A stretch of DNA of 64,000 bases, taken from positions 10,474,587 through 10,538,586 of the forward strand of contig CM120648.1 in the NCBI GenBank assembly GCA_051362555.1, read 5' to 3'. The position numbers were made by a program, and so were the translations under genes. Shown in pieces: positions 25,101 through 40,800 of the stretch (its first letter is position 1; each line of letters opens with the position of its first letter). The DNA is from Lingula anatina (Eukaryota > Animalia > Brachiopoda). Below the pieces are notes generated by a model, which was given only the letters and a program-made list of their open reading frames with translations, had not been told where the DNA came from and made no database searches.

Positions 25101-27445
25101 TTTAATGCCCATAATGGTTGAACATGGAATGTTTTCAGCAATGTCTAAGCAATGCAGGTTAATGCCGACATCAAATAGAATGCCGAAACAAACGACGGTG
25201 TTGAGTAACCCCCCCTCCCCCCCCTTTCTTTTAAACAAAGATTTTTCATGCTATCTCTACCAGCGGAAGCGATCTGTTAAGTGAAGGCGCTACAGACAAG
25301 GCCATATTATTATCTTATCTATTTTCCCACTACTGAAAACGTGTAATGAAAATTACATACGTTTTCATTACTTCAACCTAAATCACTGCGCAACAAAAAC
25401 GAGAAAGATACTCATCTTTGAATTACTGCCATTAGAATCTAATGGGAGGTGGGAAAAACACATTATCATCCAGATGTGGGGCCTAGTGGGAAACAATAGA
25501 AACCCGGTCAGTGTATCGTGGCGTCATTCAGGTATCAAGGTGAGAAATATCACTATTCAGATCTCTGTCATAAGCGTCAAGTACACAGTTGCCCTGCACA
25601 TGTATAAGTAAGCGAAACATACCAATGTGAGTGCTGCCGCCTGAGAAATATGAAATATGCATTATCAAAATACACTTCGGGGCCCCCCGTTAACGAACGT
25701 TGGCAAATACAGGGCCTATTTGCATGGGTAAATATCATTTGATTGATGGTGTGGTCACTGAGGTCCTGGTAAAGGTGTGTTGAAGACATATAGCTAATAA
25801 GACACAGTGCGTTAACAGTATAAACAGTACCATTAGTTGGGACTCTGTAGAAGACATCACTGAGGACACCCCGGATATCGAAAAAAATATCCTAGATAGA
25901 TCCTTCATTGCGATTAAGGAACTTTGGATAATAGGGTGAGTGACACGTCTAGGTTATTAATACTGTGATTAATTCTCGCATTTACCCTAGTTTTCTGAGT
26001 TTTTGGCCTATAGTTGTCATCTGACTATTGATTTCATTTTAAAACACACTAGTTTGTACTTGACTCTAATTCTCAGCGTACAGAGTCACTGTGGAATGTC
26101 ATCCGGGTTTGATTGAATGTCATAATGTTAACATACAGTATATTTGAGACATATTCACTGATAATAGAGTTACTATGCGGCAACCCTGGGCGCCAGACTT
26201 AAGATTTTTTTACCAAGGGACACATTGATCATATAGACCTTAGATTTATATCAGTACGATTCCTGGAGAACAATGTAGTTATAACCCGAAACCTACTCCA
26301 TAACTATAAGCTTCCATATTGGGTTACCCAAACACTGATTTTGAAGAAAGAGCATCGATGTCAGAGTTACTATGGATTTGTATTAGGTGCGTGCCTCTTT
26401 CCTAAGAGAGTAATTAACGATCACTGTGGTCATTGAATTAAGTGGTCAAATCGTGCAATTTATCTGTGAGGTACATGCACAATGGAATATACAGTTTGGG
26501 CTTATTTCACAAAATCATTTACTAGGCCTTAACTTAGGGACTAACATTTTATTCATCTTTGAGCCAAGATTAATAGTAGGCTATGAAAAGTAATTACTAT
26601 TGATTTAAGACGTACGTTAGCCAGATCTTTCTTTTCTTAAGAAAGATACAATAGTCCAATACCGCGTACTACTAAAACTCGCCCATGCCCGCCCCTGAAT
26701 GTTCTGTGGCTCTTTACGTCACCTTCACTGGACTCTAACGACCGTGGACATAGCCCACATTATTGCTGACTGACCAGAAAGTGGACACCACTGACCATCG
26801 CGGTGGATATCACGGGAGTTATTCATACCGTATTATTACCTGCTTTCATCCGCTGATGGACGTTCACGTGTTACATAATCGTGATTATCATCTGAACTGA
26901 TGTGAGACGGAAATCGCCTTGTCCTATCTGATATGTCTATATTTTTGAACACTCTGTACCTTGTAATATTTGAAAAAAAAAAAAGATTCATATTGCTTTA
27001 TTTAGCCTTTTTAAAGTGCGTGATTTAATGAAAATAACCACCATTTCGTTGCTACATCAAATCTATAGTGGCACTGATCTGGAGAGTTTCTTGATTTTAT
27101 ATTGAAATGTCTATAACAAAAGGCGCCATTTAGTACGTGACTCGTCAATCTTACTGAAGGCCAAACCAGGGAATTATATCCCGATATAACTTCCTGGCCA
27201 AACCAAGCATGAGTAAATAACCAGACTTAGGTAGCGTTATTGAACTGATGTGCTTATGATAGTTGATAATGTAAAAATCACAACACAAAAATCTTTATAT
27301 TTATTTAATTAAGCCATTATGTAACGGCATGTGATATTTATAGGTTGATTGCGACATGTATTCACAGCAACTCTGCACGCAGGGTGGGGCAGGTACACAT
27401 TGTTGACGTAAAGAAACACGAGGTACGAGTAGTTTTGTAAAAGTA

Positions 27446-27708
27446 GGGCCTGCTGCCACAAAACGGGATTGGTCCTAAAATCGGTCTAAACTTTAGCACT
27501 CAAAATATAGCCGACTTCAGTTCAACATAAATCCATGTTCGTCTTTAGTATTTGTCTTAAGCCAGTGTTTCTCCTGTCGTAAGCTAGTGTTTCTCCTGTT
27601 TCATTTGATTGAACTACTACCTATCTTTCAGGTGTCAAAGAGGACAAAAATTGTCTTAAAGTTCAGACACGTTTTCGGTTTTTAGATTTTTTCGTGGAAA
27701 CAGGCCCC
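27446..27708. mobile_element. Degenerate MITE with GGGCCTG termini
   Basis: GGGCCTGCTGCCACAAAA ... TTTCGTGGAAACAGGCCCC, plus inner TCT(A/G)AACTTTA inverted arms. Confidence 0.55.
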
Positions 27709-28020
27709 AGTACTAATACAGTCAACAGTGTTTAAAAACGTATCACGATTTTTGGGTAGATAGGTAATGCGTATACTGTCACCTTTTAAGTGTCTTGTCT
27801 TTACATTTGGCAGTTGGGAACGCCCTACTTATATTTGTCTTTTAAAGACATTAACCTAGTAGTTAAGATCCAATGCTATGCACAAGGGCATGCGTCCTCT
27901 TACGCCTGGAGGCTGAAACTTCTGACATGTTTACATATATGACTTATTCTTTAAACAAAAAGCTGACTGGGCATACTCCAGTTTTTTTTTTTTTTTTTTT
28001 TTTTTGACACAGGGCTCATT

Positions 28021-28195
28021 GGCCTCATTCAGAACAGTGGACTAACTAGTCCGTGGATCAAATATGGCGACCCACTTAAAAGCTCGCCGTCTAATCCGCT
28101 TATAAACACTGAATAGATTCCCCGTGGGAAAGTATTCAAGTGGGTCGGCCATATTTGACCCACGGACCAGTTAGCCCACTGTTCTGAATGCGGTC
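28021..28195. mobile_element. MITE, ATTCAGAAC family
   Basis: CATTCAGAACAGTGGACTAACTAGTCCGTGGATCAAATATGGC ... GCCATATTTGACCCACGGACCAGTTAGCCCACTGTTCTGAATG. Confidence 0.85.
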
Positions 28196-28284
28196 TTGTT
28201 TTTTTTAACAGAAAGGTGACTGGACGTACTCCAGAAAAGAGGGCGAGTTTGTCTCACACATAGAATATCTGCTTTATTGTTTAA

Positions 28285-28499
28285 AGCTGTATTCCCAGAG
28301 CTGTTAGATCGATCTATCCCCGCGGGGAGTCTCACTAGATTACTGTCAGATAATCCGGCTTAAATGTCCCTCCCGCCTACTACAAGCTGTAAGGGGGTAA
28401 TTAACTTTCGTGTCCGCTCGGCTGACAGCTATTTAGCTTGAACCCCCATGGAGTTAGGTCGATCTAAAGTAGATCGATCTAATCTCTGGAAATGGGGTC
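28285..28499. mobile_element. MITE, GATCGATC family
   Basis: TAA flanks on both sides; TTAGATCGATCTA arms. Reverse-complement homolog of the inner element at 62887-63087. Confidence 0.85.
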
Positions 28500-30983
28500 T
28501 AAGTTTATGATGGATGTATAGTATAAGTAAGCACAATCAGAATAGTAATTTATATACTTGTTACTATACAGAGCGCTAACAGGTACTACAAGCTAGAATA
28601 GAAGATAACGGTACAAGAAATTGTTGGGAAAGTGGCGTCGGTTTGCAATATGTTATCTAGAAGATTAAGATTAAAAAAGAAAGATTTTAATCTCACATCT
28701 ATTTTATCATATTAAATTCTGCCACCTACAGGCCTTGAACGCAACGAAGGTAAAAATGATCTACGCTCTGAGAGTAAGCTCACAGAGTAGAATCCAACTC
28801 GGCTACTATTTTAATAGTACAAACATGGCTAACACCCTGTATCAAACACAGAACTTGACTACGTGATGTAATGCAACCATTATTGCCCTTTGAAATCCCA
28901 ATCTCCCCAGGCACCCGATTTCGAGATTGTTTTCTGCTGTTTTTTATGCATTTGACCCTCTAATTAACATAGAAATCATGACTTATGCGTACAAATGAAA
29001 AAAGATATCAGCAGACACTGAGGATTGCTATGATGTAGGCCTAAATAACAGAATGGGAATGCCTAGTCTTGTCCCAATGCTATATTCGAACCTGTCTTTG
29101 TACGAAATAGAATCGATCTCACAGAATTAAGTCCTTGTTGGCTTATAGCAGATCAGTTTCCATTCTCTTTTCCGTCTACACGTCTCCTTGCTCTGAGAGA
29201 CCGGTGCTGGTGCGGTTCAATGCAAAAACTTTCATATGACGAAGGGAGTCGTTTTTGCATACCAGATAGCAGAAACATTATACATCAGACCCCTTCATGC
29301 AATTTATATAACAGAGTGAATGCCGACCAAAATAAAACATGTTTCAATATAATTTTTGAGCCGTATTATCTAAATGTCTGTTCTGTCTTGGTTCCATGGC
29401 CCATCTGCTTCAGGTAAAGCAATCAATCGGCAACTACACTGTATCATTGCTCAAACTATATGCAAACCAAACCTGCATTTTTATGCAATATTTTTGAAGC
29501 GCGTTTCCAAAAATGAAGTTGGTCCGAATCTTAACACGTGTAAACAGGTCTCTTCAGCTCTAAGAATATGGATATGCAAAACAGTTTCCTACTCAAATGG
29601 GAAAATGCTGTACGATATAAAATTGCCTTTGGGACGTAAGAGAGTTTACACGTGAGCATATACCCAACAATATTCTCCATCCTTGGGCTAACGATTTTCC
29701 CCGTGGCATACCTTCTGAGGGGTTATACTATTCCAAAAGTTATTTCCTGAACTAGCGCAGCGGTTTCCGTTTATGGTAATTTTTCGATTTAGTATATAAT
29801 TACTCTTTTGAGTTTTGAAAAATTTATCGTGAGTCAGGTAATGGTGTTAAGGTTCAGTTGTCTGGAATGGGTGAAAGAGAAAATTAATCACGAAAGAATT
29901 ATATCTCATGCGATTCGGTGACAGAAGTTGTTATTTTGCAATGTTAATAGTTTCTTTTTGCTCAAATGGAAATGACCATTTGATTTATATTTACCATTAG
30001 GAATTACTCCGTGATCACTGAAAAAGAAACTGAGTTAATAAAAATTGAAAGATACTATGGACGACTCTCTTATTGTTTGTGTTCATTGATTTTCCAACGA
30101 AACGCCAATAAAACCAACGCCATCGAATGGTCGCATACTAAATCAACACATTTATTGAAATCGGTGCCTCATAAAGATCAAGGCAATAACACGTATAACT
30201 GTCTTTTATGGATAAAAAAATACTGCAAAACGTAAGAAAAATGGCATACAAAATAACTTTGCACAGTTCAGTTTCGTGATGAGGATGCTCTGGGCAACAT
30301 ATCTCATAAGGTATAATCGTTATTCATTATATCGCAATGCCATATTATTATAGTGTGGCCGTGTCCCATCACGTGAATCTACACTACACCTGGTGCAATG
30401 CGTCGCTTTCTTGTGTTAGGCTACTTTTAAATCATGATCACTTTAGGAAAAAGAATGATTCCTTTTACCGACACAGGGATGCCATGAGTGACCAAAATAA
30501 TTAAAATATGATATTGTAATAATGATGTGTATAGTGTAGCTAGGTAAAATGTGAACCGCAAAAATTGATATCAGTTTAATTGACTTTGACGTAAGAAAGC
30601 TTAACTCTACTGTCTCCTTCAAAGCTTTGGTATGTGGTGTTATGGCATCATTTTCTCTCGTATAGTGCATATTTGTAATTAGATACGTTATGCTGTACGT
30701 TATATTTCCAATGTTACACCATGATAGGACATTGGAATCTATTGCTGTAACATTGCATGGTTCTGGTATTTAGATTGTTGTCATTGATATGCCCGCTAAT
30801 GTTGCGTTGTCGTGTTATATTACTGTATCATATATAAATAATTACCAACACACAGAGATCAATGCTATGTCTTCCCGAGATATCTATTTCTATCATTTGA
30901 TGGCATCTGGGAGCTGCTTTGTATCAAACTTTTTCTGTCAGTGGTTATAAAATATCCTTCTCTGTTGGGTGACTTGTGTTCTT

Positions 30984-31151
30984 CAGGGGCGGATCCAGAG
31001 ATGTTTTCTGACAGGCTTCCAAATTATCTTTATTGATCCGTCCTCTATTTTTGAGGGTCTTCCGACAGAAAAAATTAGATACCCGTCAATGTAAACATGA
31101 AAATCTGACCGTCTACCGGAGGACCCTGAAGACAGCCTAAATCCGACCCTG
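30984..31151. mobile_element. Short MITE with CAGGGGCGGATCCAG termini
   Basis: CAGGGGCGGATCCAG ... CTAAATCCGACCCTG imperfect TIR; no clean TSD. Confidence 0.55.
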
Positions 31152-32372
31152 TTTCTCTCTGTAGATGCTCTGCCCTTATTTCAAAATGCGAATCTCTGTG
31201 ATCTAACCCAGTGATTAAACCAATTATTAGTCCATTAAATGACGTACGTCATTGGTCATCGATTATCACATTTGATGATAAGATAAGAGAAGGCGATTCC
31301 AAAGTGTTACATTGTCCGAAGATTTTAATCAAAACTGGACCTTTTAATGTTCACATTGAAAATGAGACAATATAAGGTTTATTAATGGTGTGCTTCTTAT
31401 GCGCGGCACATTAGCAGCGGTCAGTGTTTCAATTAATTATGGGTCATTTTCGGACAGGGTCATTTTTAGATATTGTAATTTGTATAATTAGGTCTGTAGA
31501 TTGGTAATGCAGTGTTCAATTTACGTGTTGGAGAACGGCGGGTATTTTCTTTAGTTTGAAATATGCAACCTTCAGACAATTAAAGGACATACGAAAGATA
31601 TCAAATAAGTGTTTCGTATTCATGGAATTTTATTCCGTTCTAAGGGATGAGGGGGTGTTTTAACAACATTTGCAACAAACGAAATAGATCTTGCCTATGA
31701 CAGACTACAGAAATATGTTGGCAAATGATGAAGATCATTCCCAATATCCTAAGAGTTACAAATATACCTAACATTGTTTCCGGTTTCTAAAACCGAAGGT
31801 TAACAAATTCGGTCTTCCGATGACGTGTTTAAGAACCGAACCGGTATCGAAAAGGAACGGGTTCAAAAAAGGCTTTACGGTCAAAACAGAATTATTAAAA
31901 GACCCTGCGCCTGAGCGTACTTCCCCGTATTTAATATCCCACTGATTGAAGAGAATGACACATCTTAATACGTTTAGTCTTTATGATTTAATAAGTCACG
32001 AAAAGTACAATTAAGCAATCTTGATCTCGTATCTGTCCTAATGGCGTAGCGCTACAACATAAAAGTGTTTCACTTGTATCTTATCACGAAGTATTGTTAA
32101 ACTTTTCGTTGGATTTTATCTCACGCGTGATATTCCCCCCTAATGCAAGCCGCTGCAGAGTGGGCGAACGTCATTTTTTTCTTGTAAAGTATAGTGGTGG
32201 CTTGTTTGGCTTAATGTTTCCATAGCTAACATTCAACTTAAATGAGGTAAATCTCGTTGGTGGTACAATACCTGGCGGCGTTATTGTCACGGTGATCCTT
32301 CAGTTGCCTCATATCAGTACTGTATTGAAATTAATACCTCATAGCATACATTTGTCCGACCTCTCCCCTCCC

Positions 32373-32418
<46 letters not shown>

Positions 32419-34979
32419 ACACACACACGTGTAACGTCTTACTTATCACAGATAAACATACAATTACTGTTGTGGGCAGATAGGAAGTCAAACGCCAACT
32501 TTCATTTTAGTATCTACAAGAACACACCTGGATCCGTTTTGTTTTTCCGTCTGTTTTTTTTTTCTTTTGCTTTCGTTATCAGTAATTGTTTTGAAAGTGT
32601 TCACGCTTCAACAAGATTTTTCATTCTACTTTCAGTTGAACGGAATTTGGAGGAGCGACTGAAAACTGCTGTTTGATATATTGGAATACAGAGGTGAAAT
32701 TGGTTACCAGAGGAAAATAAAAGCAAAAGGTGAGCAAAAAATATAAATGGAATCATTAAATCATCTCATATTTTGAAGGGTCATGTTTTGCAGCAATTAC
32801 AATCGCTAAATATGTTGAAATTTTTCGCTTACAGTCACTCCACTCGTTAAAAGTCATCATAAAACGAAATTTTATTTTACCAATTTGTTGCTCGACCGTA
32901 GATAAGCATAAATGGGTTTTTGAAGAACATATCACGTTTGTCCTTATAATTTTGAAACCCGGCTTCGTAATTGTCCTCAATATTTATATCGGTCTATTTC
33001 GACGCGTGCCAGGGAGGATTGTTTCATTGCTACTACATAAAGTCTACTACAGGTACAGACAGTTGTGGTAAAAATTAGTATGCAGAATACCGTGCCATTA
33101 GCCTACTTTAACAGACTGCTAACTGAACTAGAGTGGGCCGCAGTCTGGCTTTTCAAAATATCACAAGAGGTTATAACAAATGGGCATGTAGAAGGCCGGA
33201 TCTAGAGGAGACATCTTAGCTTTTGAGGTGCCCCTTTTCCACTCGTCTAACTCCAAAGAAAAAAATTGTAACGGTAGTGATTCGATCTTCTCAATGGGGA
33301 AAAATTATCAATCTTTCAGATACGTTATTTGGTTCGTCAAAATGATATTTCTCCATATAGCATTTGTGGTGCTTTTATTGTATTAATCAGAACTATTGTG
33401 TAGCCTGCTTTTTAATTTTGCTGCTATCACAATGTTCTTATTTTGAGAATTTGTGACTTAAAAGTACACTATCTGTAAAATTCACAATTTTTCCCATTGA
33501 AAAGAACGACTCATTTCCGTATAACTAGAGAAATTAAACAAGAGTTGTCATTGTGCCATCAATGTGCCTTACGTATGGTAGTAAAAGAGGCCATTTTATG
33601 TTTGAGGAGAAAAGCATTTAGCAAAATATTGTATTTATCAACCGCCCCCACCTCCAACACACACGCACATTTTTTTTATCAAACTCGTCATTGGCTCGGT
33701 GATATATGGTTTAATACACGATCATGCTAGGGATTGTTGTAATTTACCAGGCTAACCCTCCTTCACTTTATGTTCTGATCGAGAATCGTATCACTTTCCT
33801 ATTTCCTTTATGAACCCCTAAAAGTCTATAATGAAAAACCTAATGTGGCCTCTCGATCCAAGAGTCTGCGCCTCCCGCTTTTCAGCCTCACTTTCACGCC
33901 ATCACTCTAAACCTCATTTTACCCTCTTCATTAAGTCATCCTAGCTTTCCCCATAGCTCTACTATGAAACTAAGATCATTTTCGTGATGTCCTTGAACTT
34001 CACCCTTAGTGGCCTCTTACAGGTTTAAAAGCCCTCTGCGCCCACCTATCAGAAGATCTAACGCGCCCCCTCTCGCGGCCTCTTTATCAGTCCATCAAGT
34101 TGCACGCCCGGCCACTTTCCCCATAGTGACAAAGTACCAATTTAAATGCAACTTATGTATGCGACATGATTAGCCGCCTCGACAAGGAAAAGGAAACATT
34201 ATTTGGGTAACGTAAATCTGGTGAGAGTAGGAGTAGCGAAGATCTGAAAGGACTTGGCGTTTCAGAGGTTCTTGCTGCTTCGTTGGGGGTCGCGCGTGCG
34301 GAAGGAATATGCCTGGATACGGTTATGGCTGGAGGTATGACTTAAGAGAATAGTGTTTACTGTTTAGAGTATTTATTTGTAGATTTTCCATTCTGAACAC
34401 GGTGTATCTATGTTAATCATATTTCCCTTTTCCTTTGTTTGAAAGAATGTGTACGTTCAAATTTGTTATGAGGGTTAGGTAACTTTCTTTCATATGTTTT
34501 AATACATATGTGCGCTTTCATTACAAAAATATATGGACTGAATTATGCTGTAGACTATTTTTAGTGGGGACTGAGATTCAAATGTCTTCTTTGTTTTGAA
34601 CTGTCACACACACACACAGGAAGACTTCAGTTGATAGATTTGGCGCATACACACCGCATTTATTATACTCAAACTGCATCGCACCTGTTCCGCCTTTCGT
34701 GTTTTGGTGTCAGGTAAAGTGAAATAGCAAAATAGGTTTGTTCACGAAAGGTCCTAATTATAATGTATAGCTACACATTTTTCGACCCAATCTGTGCGTT
34801 CTATTTTGGAACACTAATAACTCAGCAGTTACTGCTTACTTTGACATCGGTGATCAGCAATATTGGCTTTATTTCAAGCTAGGAATTGTAATATTCAAAA
34901 AAGTAAGCAGATCTTTGTAACCAGTGTTTTACTACAGTGCCCTGTACGACGCTACATGCCTAGACAACTAATGGTGATA

Positions 34980-35013
<34 letters not shown>

Positions 35014-37743
35014 GGGGAGTGAATGTTAACATTCACACTAGTCAGTATTTACAGGCTATTCGGACAAGAACAAACTCGTTTAACGTCCAAGGCCATCTCG
35101 TCAAGACCTTATTACTAATAATTTCTTTCTGATTATTGTTTATGAACGAAGTAAGTCCGATAGTAGTAGGTCGTGAGGAAGGTGGGTTAAAATAGCTGTC
35201 CCACTGCGCTGAAACTTGATGTAACGTCGGCACTGGCCTTGAAAAGGTCTAAACAGATTGGATGCTGAAATACAACCTTTATATACGGTTTCGTTCTTAG
35301 CACTGTCAAAGATGCACTTTTGGCAATTGCAATTGGCTTTGAACCAAGTGAAATAAGTCGGACAAAATGCATTACGTTTATGTTACTCCTTGGCCTCCAA
35401 CAAAGCGAAAACTTAGCGTTTCAGAGTCGAGTTAGACTACATGCTTTGAACCCAGCATAAAAGCAAAATAAGCAATTAGCACAATGCTGACCATGGGAAA
35501 TGTTTTAGCCCGACACTAAACTTGCAAAGAACCAATCTTGGTTGCAAATAAATATGGCTAGCGTGAACGTGGCCTTGCCTTGGTCATCGTGGGCGAAAAG
35601 AGTCGTGTTCTCTGGCCATTTATAACCCCCTATTTGTCTTGTTATTTCATTCATGGCTGTTTATCGGTGTTCATCACAGTCTTCAAAACTGCCTATTAGA
35701 GTTTATCAACCAATTTTCTTTTCTCGGTTGTCATGTTTCGGTCGGTCTGTATTTTTTTAGTTACGATTTTTATCACGTTCACGAAGCCTTCATCTTTTCA
35801 AGCGAATATGTTGTGTATACTTTATCTGTTAAAAAACTGTACATTTTTAATGTAACAGCTTTCGATTAAGTATAACGTTTTTCACACCTGCGAGCGATTT
35901 TAGGACCTATCACTAGTCTTATTTGCCGTTGCGTTTGTGATTTTATTCCTCTCTTTCTTAAATCATATGTATACATATGAAACTAGAAAAATAAAATTGT
36001 AACAATTTCAAAGTAATTATGATTGAGGACATAGGCTTAGAGTTAGTGATATGATAGTCACTTTGTATATAGACATTGATATATCGGGTCTTGTCGGGAT
36101 ACATCGGGTTACGTAGATTTCTCGCCGAAGCTCTGGACCAAAAAATAATGGACTAGTCACAACATTTTTTTCCACTGTAAAGATTGTACCAGGGAGGTGT
36201 GTGTGTTTTATTGGATTATTGACTAGATATCAAAAGGTATAAAAACATTGTCAGTAAAAAAAGAAAATAAATTTCTGCTCGTTTCACTGCAGCTGAAAGG
36301 TAAAAAGAGCACTTTGGCCGAGTTGCAAATGAACAATATACGGTATCTTGCATGTTTCGAAACACAATGTCAGGTTTATTGAAAGGGAGTTCTGAGCAAT
36401 AGATTGAGGTTTTAAAGATTATTTATATTCAGACTATTACCCTTTTGAGCTAGTACAAACTAGGGCATATGTGAAAGGTACAAAGTGGACAAAGTGGACA
36501 AAATTAAGAAAATCAGTATACACGTCGAAGGCTTGTTAATTGAGGAGTTTGTATCAAGGTATTATAAAATACATTTAATGTACAACCTGTAATTCTAATT
36601 TGATGGATGAAAATCCCCAACTTCTTTCATTTCGACTGCCAACTTGTGGCACATTAAATTTTGTGACACTATCACCTTCATATGTCAATGACAGTGTTTT
36701 TTCTGATCTCAAAGACAGGACAATAGCTTGACATGTTCTACCACCGATGACCTTGTCAACTCTAAGGTTCTTTACAAGAGTTAATGTTTTTTTCTCACCG
36801 TCTCTATTAGCATGACTAGACGACTTATCGTGATTTAGTTTGCATAAAGGTCTTGTCTGTGCGATGACCAACATACATTTTTGCTTATAAAGAAGATTTA
36901 TGAAGGTAAGACGACGCGTATTGTGTTTGAATTGTTGTTATTTTTTATATTACTTTCACTTTCAATTGAATGTGATAGACGGTAGTAGAACGCAAATATA
37001 GGATTCACGTATCAGCATGCTTGCGTTTGCTTAATATATTTGAGATATAGCATTTATATAAAAAAGGCACAGCTAGGAAGGAATTAGTTAAACATTTAAA
37101 AAATGCTGCAAGTTACTTTCTTTACAAATTGGCTATCTAGATACAAGACGATGACTAACGATGTAATTGGTTATGAATATGATGTTTTAAAATCACACCT
37201 TTTTTTGTCGGCCTAGAAACAATGTCCATATACATTTGAGTTCCGCAGTCTCTGATGACTTATATTTTGGGTTCTACACAACTTTCCTTCGTCATTCAAA
37301 ACTTCTGTGAAATTCGACGGAACTCTGACCAACGTGTCATTTGAGGTGACGCCATATGTGTCATATCCCGGTACAAGGAATAACCAAGACCTATCTTACT
37401 GTTTATCCACCACCAAATCCCCATTAGGACATGATAGCGTGCTCAAGGCTTCCTTTGGGCAACCGCCTGGCTGATATTAAGTAACCAAGTCCGCGTTTGT
37501 CGCGGCTCAACCCTGTTACGTAGTGTAACATATTACGATTTAAGTGACATTTTTATTTTCTATGTTTTTAGTTTGAAGTTATTGGAATTAGCCCTTTATA
37601 ATTATAAGTTTTATATGTTGGTGACTCAAACTGGTATTGTGCATCCCTTTACATTAGGCAGTTTTGGGGGCAATAGTTGTTTTGTCATTATATCTGTATT
37701 GTTTAGAATGTGGACAACATCTGTCTTCCCCCCCCCCCCCCCC

Positions 37744-37815
<72 letters not shown>

Positions 37816-40800
37816 TACCCGAGAAAACTTCGTTCGAATGTCATAATTTTTATTCTCAGCTTTGTGTACTAGTAACTTGGACCAGTGTTGGCAAGGGAAT
37901 TAAAGATGGCCAATAGCAGGTGTTGTCGGTTATCATTAAAAATGTATATAGTGCTGCAAATAGCCTTGTTAATTGTGGTAGTTCTTACTTGGGCACATTT
38001 AACAATTAAACACCCATCCTATATCTTGGCCAGAAAATATGATGTACATCTGATAAAATTGGACGAATTTGCATATCATCTATGAGGCACCATTGCGTTT
38101 TGGATGTGAACTTTGGACGTTATAACATATATAAGGCTGGCACAAAATCGCACGGATCTTATCTTGTTCCGTCCCATGTTACTTGGGATTCAGTAACGAC
38201 ATTGTGATCGAGCAAATTTAATCACAGGTTTTGAAATACAATTTGCATAATTTAAAGTCTCGTTTCTATCTGAGAGATGACCACAAACGAGCAACAAGGA
38301 CAAATTAGAGCGAACTATAGTAATTGACTGTGTTCTTAATGAGGCGATTACAATTAAGGAGAATATAATTAGATATATTTGGTCTGATAAAAATCGAAAT
38401 TTAAATAGCCGTAACGATGCTATTAATAAACGTTTTTGAAATTATATCATTTTGTCTCACGGAGAATTGAATTAATGCTTGTTTTGATATATATTTTTTT
38501 CATCACTCATCTTGGGGCTAAATCTGAATATTTCTCGTATAAATGTGAATTTTTCATTGCTGTGTAGGTCCATTATAATAGTTCACTCTATAGCGCGTTC
38601 CACCAAAGTTTTATGTTCCATAAAATAGAGTTGGGAGACGTAAAATACGTTCACAACGGGATAATTATAAACAGAAATGATGTCCTACTTTCGCTAACAG
38701 CAGTGCACGTAAGCATCCTGGGCGTCTGACGATGCATTTTAGAAAGCATTTGGTCTAGGGTATTCTTTTTCTTGTGAGTGTTTGAACGCAACTCTCGCGT
38801 GACCGAGAGCAAGGCTTTCATCCTTACCTCACGCAGAAAAATCATTAAAATTGCACTTACCACAACATTTTTACGCCCCGGTTAGGATCCGAGAAAAATG
38901 GAAAGTACACTCAGTCTTTGCACTACGGTGCACATATACTCTATAACTTCTTTAAAATTATTTTTGGAAAAGTGTCCTCTTTTCCAAAGAAATCGATCTG
39001 ATAAATAAATTATAAATAATTAAGTGAATAAGTAACTATGGACAGCCTTCAAATGACTGGAATTCGCCCTCGAGTCTCGGACAGTTGTAAACAGGACATG
39101 TATATTACCTCATTAAAAAGGTGTGTTAGTGTCTCTTAATGACTAAGGATGAACTTGGGCCTGGAATTGCAACGAGATAACATCAGCATCGCTGTATCTG
39201 AAAATGAACATGTACGATTCATTGCAGCAGCAACGGGTGATCTGTTAGGGAATAAAATTGGCGCCTATCTGAGAATGCTGCCATTGATATGGAGGGTTGG
39301 TGACTTGTAGCACTGACGTTTACTTTGACGCTTCGTGGGTCTTCTTCTTCCTCTCTCTCTCTCTTTCTTTCTCTCGTTTTTTTTTTTAAGTTAATTTCGA
39401 TTCTACTTTACCCTTTGTCGCTTTCACTAAAGATGTGCCTACGCAAAAAATCAAATTCAGCATTTTGAAATGACAAAAAGAAATATATCGCCACGAAAAT
39501 TTCAGTATCGAATGTCTGCCATTCCGTTAAATTGCCAGATGTGTCGCTAAGAACTCTTAATAGAACAACTAATTTCTTCACTGGTTTCCAACTTGAGATA
39601 CATATAAATGGGCTCTGTTTTACATTTAACTGTAAGACACCTAACAGTCTGTTTTCTAGAGCAATGAATAGCCCATCGCGCCACAGGCTTTTAATAACTT
39701 AACAGTCGCATCTCGTAGCGTTCGTGAATCTCAATGTCGAACCCAAAATACCTTAAACACTTAACGTCCTGTCGAAACACGTTCCTTTTGTCAAAATGTG
39801 CACCTAAATGGCGTTTAACACAAATAAAACACCATGGCGAGACATAGATTTGTATGAAAAACACATTTCTCTTAATATTCATGTTAACACCTGCTAATGC
39901 TCGGCGTCACGCGTTTAGACGGCTAATTTTTTAGATGTTTGTATTTTGACTGGTATTGGACGCCGTAGGGTTGCGTGTTTGGCACGTTTTTGATAGGCTT
40001 CGGTCCACGGTTAGAGGTGTATAGCGTAGTCTGATTAATAAGGTGACAGAATAGGGAAACAGGTGAGTAATTTTAGGCATATTGGCTGTAGTATTGGACA
40101 AGAATTGTAGGTACAATAACGGTGTCATGTCCAGTTTGAAAATTCAGCACCATGTTGTAGAGTGAGAACAAATTTATAATAATACGGCAGACTGAATACT
40201 TTAATTGTTTGACTTTTCTTTTTTCGAATGAGACTTTGTTCCAGATCGTCTTTAACTTGTATGTGGATTACCTGGTGTATATGCGCATTGCTTGCGGTTG
40301 AAATGTTAACAATACGAAATGTTGCTAATACGAATTTATATAGAACTTAAAACTTGTATCCGAGTCGCCATAGAAATATCAATTGGAACGCCTTTAATGA
40401 AATAGGGACAAAAATGGCACAGTGGTTTATTTCAAAGTGGACAGAACCTTGATCGCCTGACATTCCTTCATGCTTAGACGACCATGATCTCTTTGAACCT
40501 AAGTCCATAATCAGATGTTACACTCGGATCAAAATACAGGCCACCCAAATTCTGATCGTCCGATAGCGCACGTTATATATAATACCGATGGTAATACAAT
40601 GTCTATACGAAACTTGTGGTATATGTATCGATTTGCATAGTCATCGGTGGAGTTTTATCGCGAAAATCGTTCGAAAACCATTAGTGCTTTCACGGATTTT
40701 AAAAGCAAGAAGATTCAAAGCGATCAAGATAATGACTTGGGTTAGACGTGTTACTGGAAAGTAGAAATTGATGGAAACCCATATGGTGCCTTTATATATT

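Noticed and set aside
36575-36874. 99-aa minus-strand ORF
   Set aside because: No recognisable motif, splice context or compositional signal.
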